Positions 46,761 to 49,100 of a stretch of 49,100 nucleotides of DNA are shown in pieces (position 1 is the first letter of the stretch; each line of letters starts with the position of its first letter). Below the pieces are notes generated by a model that saw only the letters and a program-made list of their open reading frames with translations, did no database searches and had not been told where the DNA came from. This stretch comes from Octopus bimaculoides (Eukaryota), in NCBI RefSeq assembly GCF_001194135.2, contig NC_068991.1:35515431-35564530 (forward strand). The letters run 5' to 3'. A program made the position numbers and the translations under genes.

Positions 46761-48857
46761 TCCCTCCGAACACATTGCGTATATAGTCACCGCATACAAC
46801 AGTGTTAAGTTATTGGATACACCAGTTTACATGTTAGACACATTCCTGGGACAGGTATGTAGACATCAAAGTTTTGTAGGTATGTACTTCTTCGTTATGG
46901 AAACGCAATATACTATAAGGTATACTAAATGTTTTCATAAGTCAGTACTTCGTTCTGTTGCATCAGAAGTGCTCTATATAAGCAATGAGTTCGGAGGGAA
47001 TAGTGGGTTAAATGAGTGCTAAAGAAGAGGCAACAAACCCTGGAATAAGGTATGTACACTCATTACCCACTTTTGTCTTCGATCACATTGTCTGTTTATA
47101 CCCGATGTCTCGATACGAAACGTAGGAAAAATCAATGCTGATACAGGTCAGTGGACAGATAGAAAGGTGTGCCAAGAATATTAATCCTAATTTCCTAATT
47201 TTTCCCTTCTATCAATGTTCACAGAACACCTCAATACAACAAAGAATGAATAAAGAGGCAACTTTCATCAATAAATATCTTCCACGACTAAATATGAACA
47301 CGTAACATAATTTAGAACACTACTAACCTTCCATTTAATACCACCAACCCCCATACTTCCCATACACCATTCACATTACAGATCTAGATCTACCCTAATT
47401 GCACCAAATCCAGAACTACTTACCTCCCTTACACATAATCCTTTTACTCAGGGACTAGTAGACCTAACACCGTTCAGTATTCGGTGTGCATTCAAAGCAA
47501 TGATTAGTAACTTTACGAAACCGGTATGCTTTTGAATCTCTTTAACAACTCACAATAATGACTTTTATTACTTTTATTCCTACCTCAGTTCATCTAATTG
47601 TATATACCTATCGTTATTTTCATAAAAAGCCTTTACTTTTTTTGATTTCCAATGTGCATTTTCGCTTATTTTTCTTCTTNNNNNNNNNNNNNNNNNNNNN
47701 NNNNNNNNNNNNNNNNNNNNNNNNNNNNNNNNNNNNNNNNNNNNNNNNNNNNNNNNNNNNNNNNNNNNNNNNNNNNNNNNNNNNNNNNNNNNNNNNNNNN
47801 NNNNNNNNNNNNNNNNNNNNNNNNNNTATATATGCGCATATGTGTGTGTATATATATAATGTATGTATATATAAAGAAAGAGAGGAAGAGGGAGAGAGGA
47901 GAGAGACGTGGATGGAAAGAGGTATAAAGAGAAGAAAGATGTAGATGATACTTATTTCTTTAACACATCTCAGGTACCCCCATTTGAAAATATATATTAT
48001 AGTACTGAATAAACAAGGCAAAACTAATGTTAGTTTTAATCATTTTATTCAGAATGTCATTGAATTTTATTTTGAATTTTATTTTTTCTTAGCATTGTTG
48101 TAAACCGCACAATTTTTATTTATTTACTTTGGTCATTGAATTTTAAGATAAGAAGTGTGGTAGGGGGTCTGTTCTCTATAATCAACACCAAACACCACAT
48201 AACTATTATGCAGTTCTTCCACATAGCTTATTGCTGCTTTCTCAGAATCGGTAGAGTGTCTGAGAATTGCTTTGTGCAACATAGTTATAGCACTTTATAT
48301 TGACCATTCCAATCACATCTCTGACAAGCGGCTTCAAATATCTGGAAACGAATATAAAAACTAAATCGAACCTTATGTATACAGAAAGCATATCGATCAA
48401 GGGATCACACAAAATCGAATGTAAGTATTTATTGTATATTTCAGAATTTTTGAAAGTCAGTTTATTACTTATGCTCACGGTTTCGTGAATGTTTCAAGCA
48501 AGCACCGAATGTTTGGCCGTTTTGTATATATGAAGAAACTTGTTGGCAAATTAATATTAATTATGACTATTTGTACAAAGACTGGAATGCATGCTATTTT
48601 TTCTATAAATAGTTAAATTAAATGAAATTGAAATATAATTTGACACGAATGCAAAGAATGAAAATATACAAAAGGAAAAGGAAACAAAAAATATCTATTC
48701 TGAGATGTATTTAGTAATGAAGATTTATTAAAATCATATTAAGTGACAGATATGTGCAACATGCTTCGTCAGAAGAAGCCCAACTAGAACAATAGAAGAC
48801 AATCACAAACAGACAGAAAAACATACACGAAAATACATAAAATATTTATAAACAGCA

Positions 48858-48885
48858 TATCTATCTATCTATCTATCTATCTCTA
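48858..48885. repeat. (TATC)n microsatellite, followed by a 12-bp tandem duplication GGTAGACGTGTC
   Basis: Read directly. Confidence 0.85.
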
Positions 48886-49100
48886 TGGACGGACGGTAGA
48901 CGTGTCGGTAGACGTGTCGGCTCTGTAAGTTTTGCCTTTTTCATGTTTTAAAAAGTTTGTTTGTAAAATTTATTTTATATACAAAGTTGTATAACAACTT
49001 GTAGACTCTCTGGTGCAAGTTTTTTGCGACGGAAATCTGCCCTGTGTGGCACATTTCCAGGATATAAAAACCAATTTCGGCTTTCTAGCCATTTTTTTTT

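Overview
AT-rich eukaryotic scaffold with 11 N-gaps, most flanked by microsatellites. It is dominated by simple repeats and decayed transposable elements. The SINE families resemble cephalopod (Octopus) repeats as I remember them; this is not a database result. I found no intact protein-coding gene, and most ORFs in the supplied track are microsatellite or N-gap artefacts. Recognisable content: a Chapaev3-like (CMC) DNA transposon with both ends; Tc1, maT/mariner and pogo/Tigger fragments; several RTE and CR1/L2-group LINE fragments; a Penelope-like element (RT + GIY-YIG); one or two R4/Dong-clade RLE retrotransposons in (TAA)n tracts; many tRNA-derived SINEs; and decayed tRNA-Asp and tRNA-Glu copies. 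The most interesting signal is two minimal type I hammerhead-ribozyme folds on the minus strand (15084-15136 and 41880-41926). The first lies directly downstream of a tRNA-like Pol III head, which suggests ribozyme-bearing SINEs possibly mobilised by Penelope-like elements. Other notable items are interleaved inverted repeats at 15.2-15.8 kb, a perfect 24-bp hairpin inside a candidate exon cluster at 11.5-12.0 kb, and a 3' tail shared between a SINE and a LINE.
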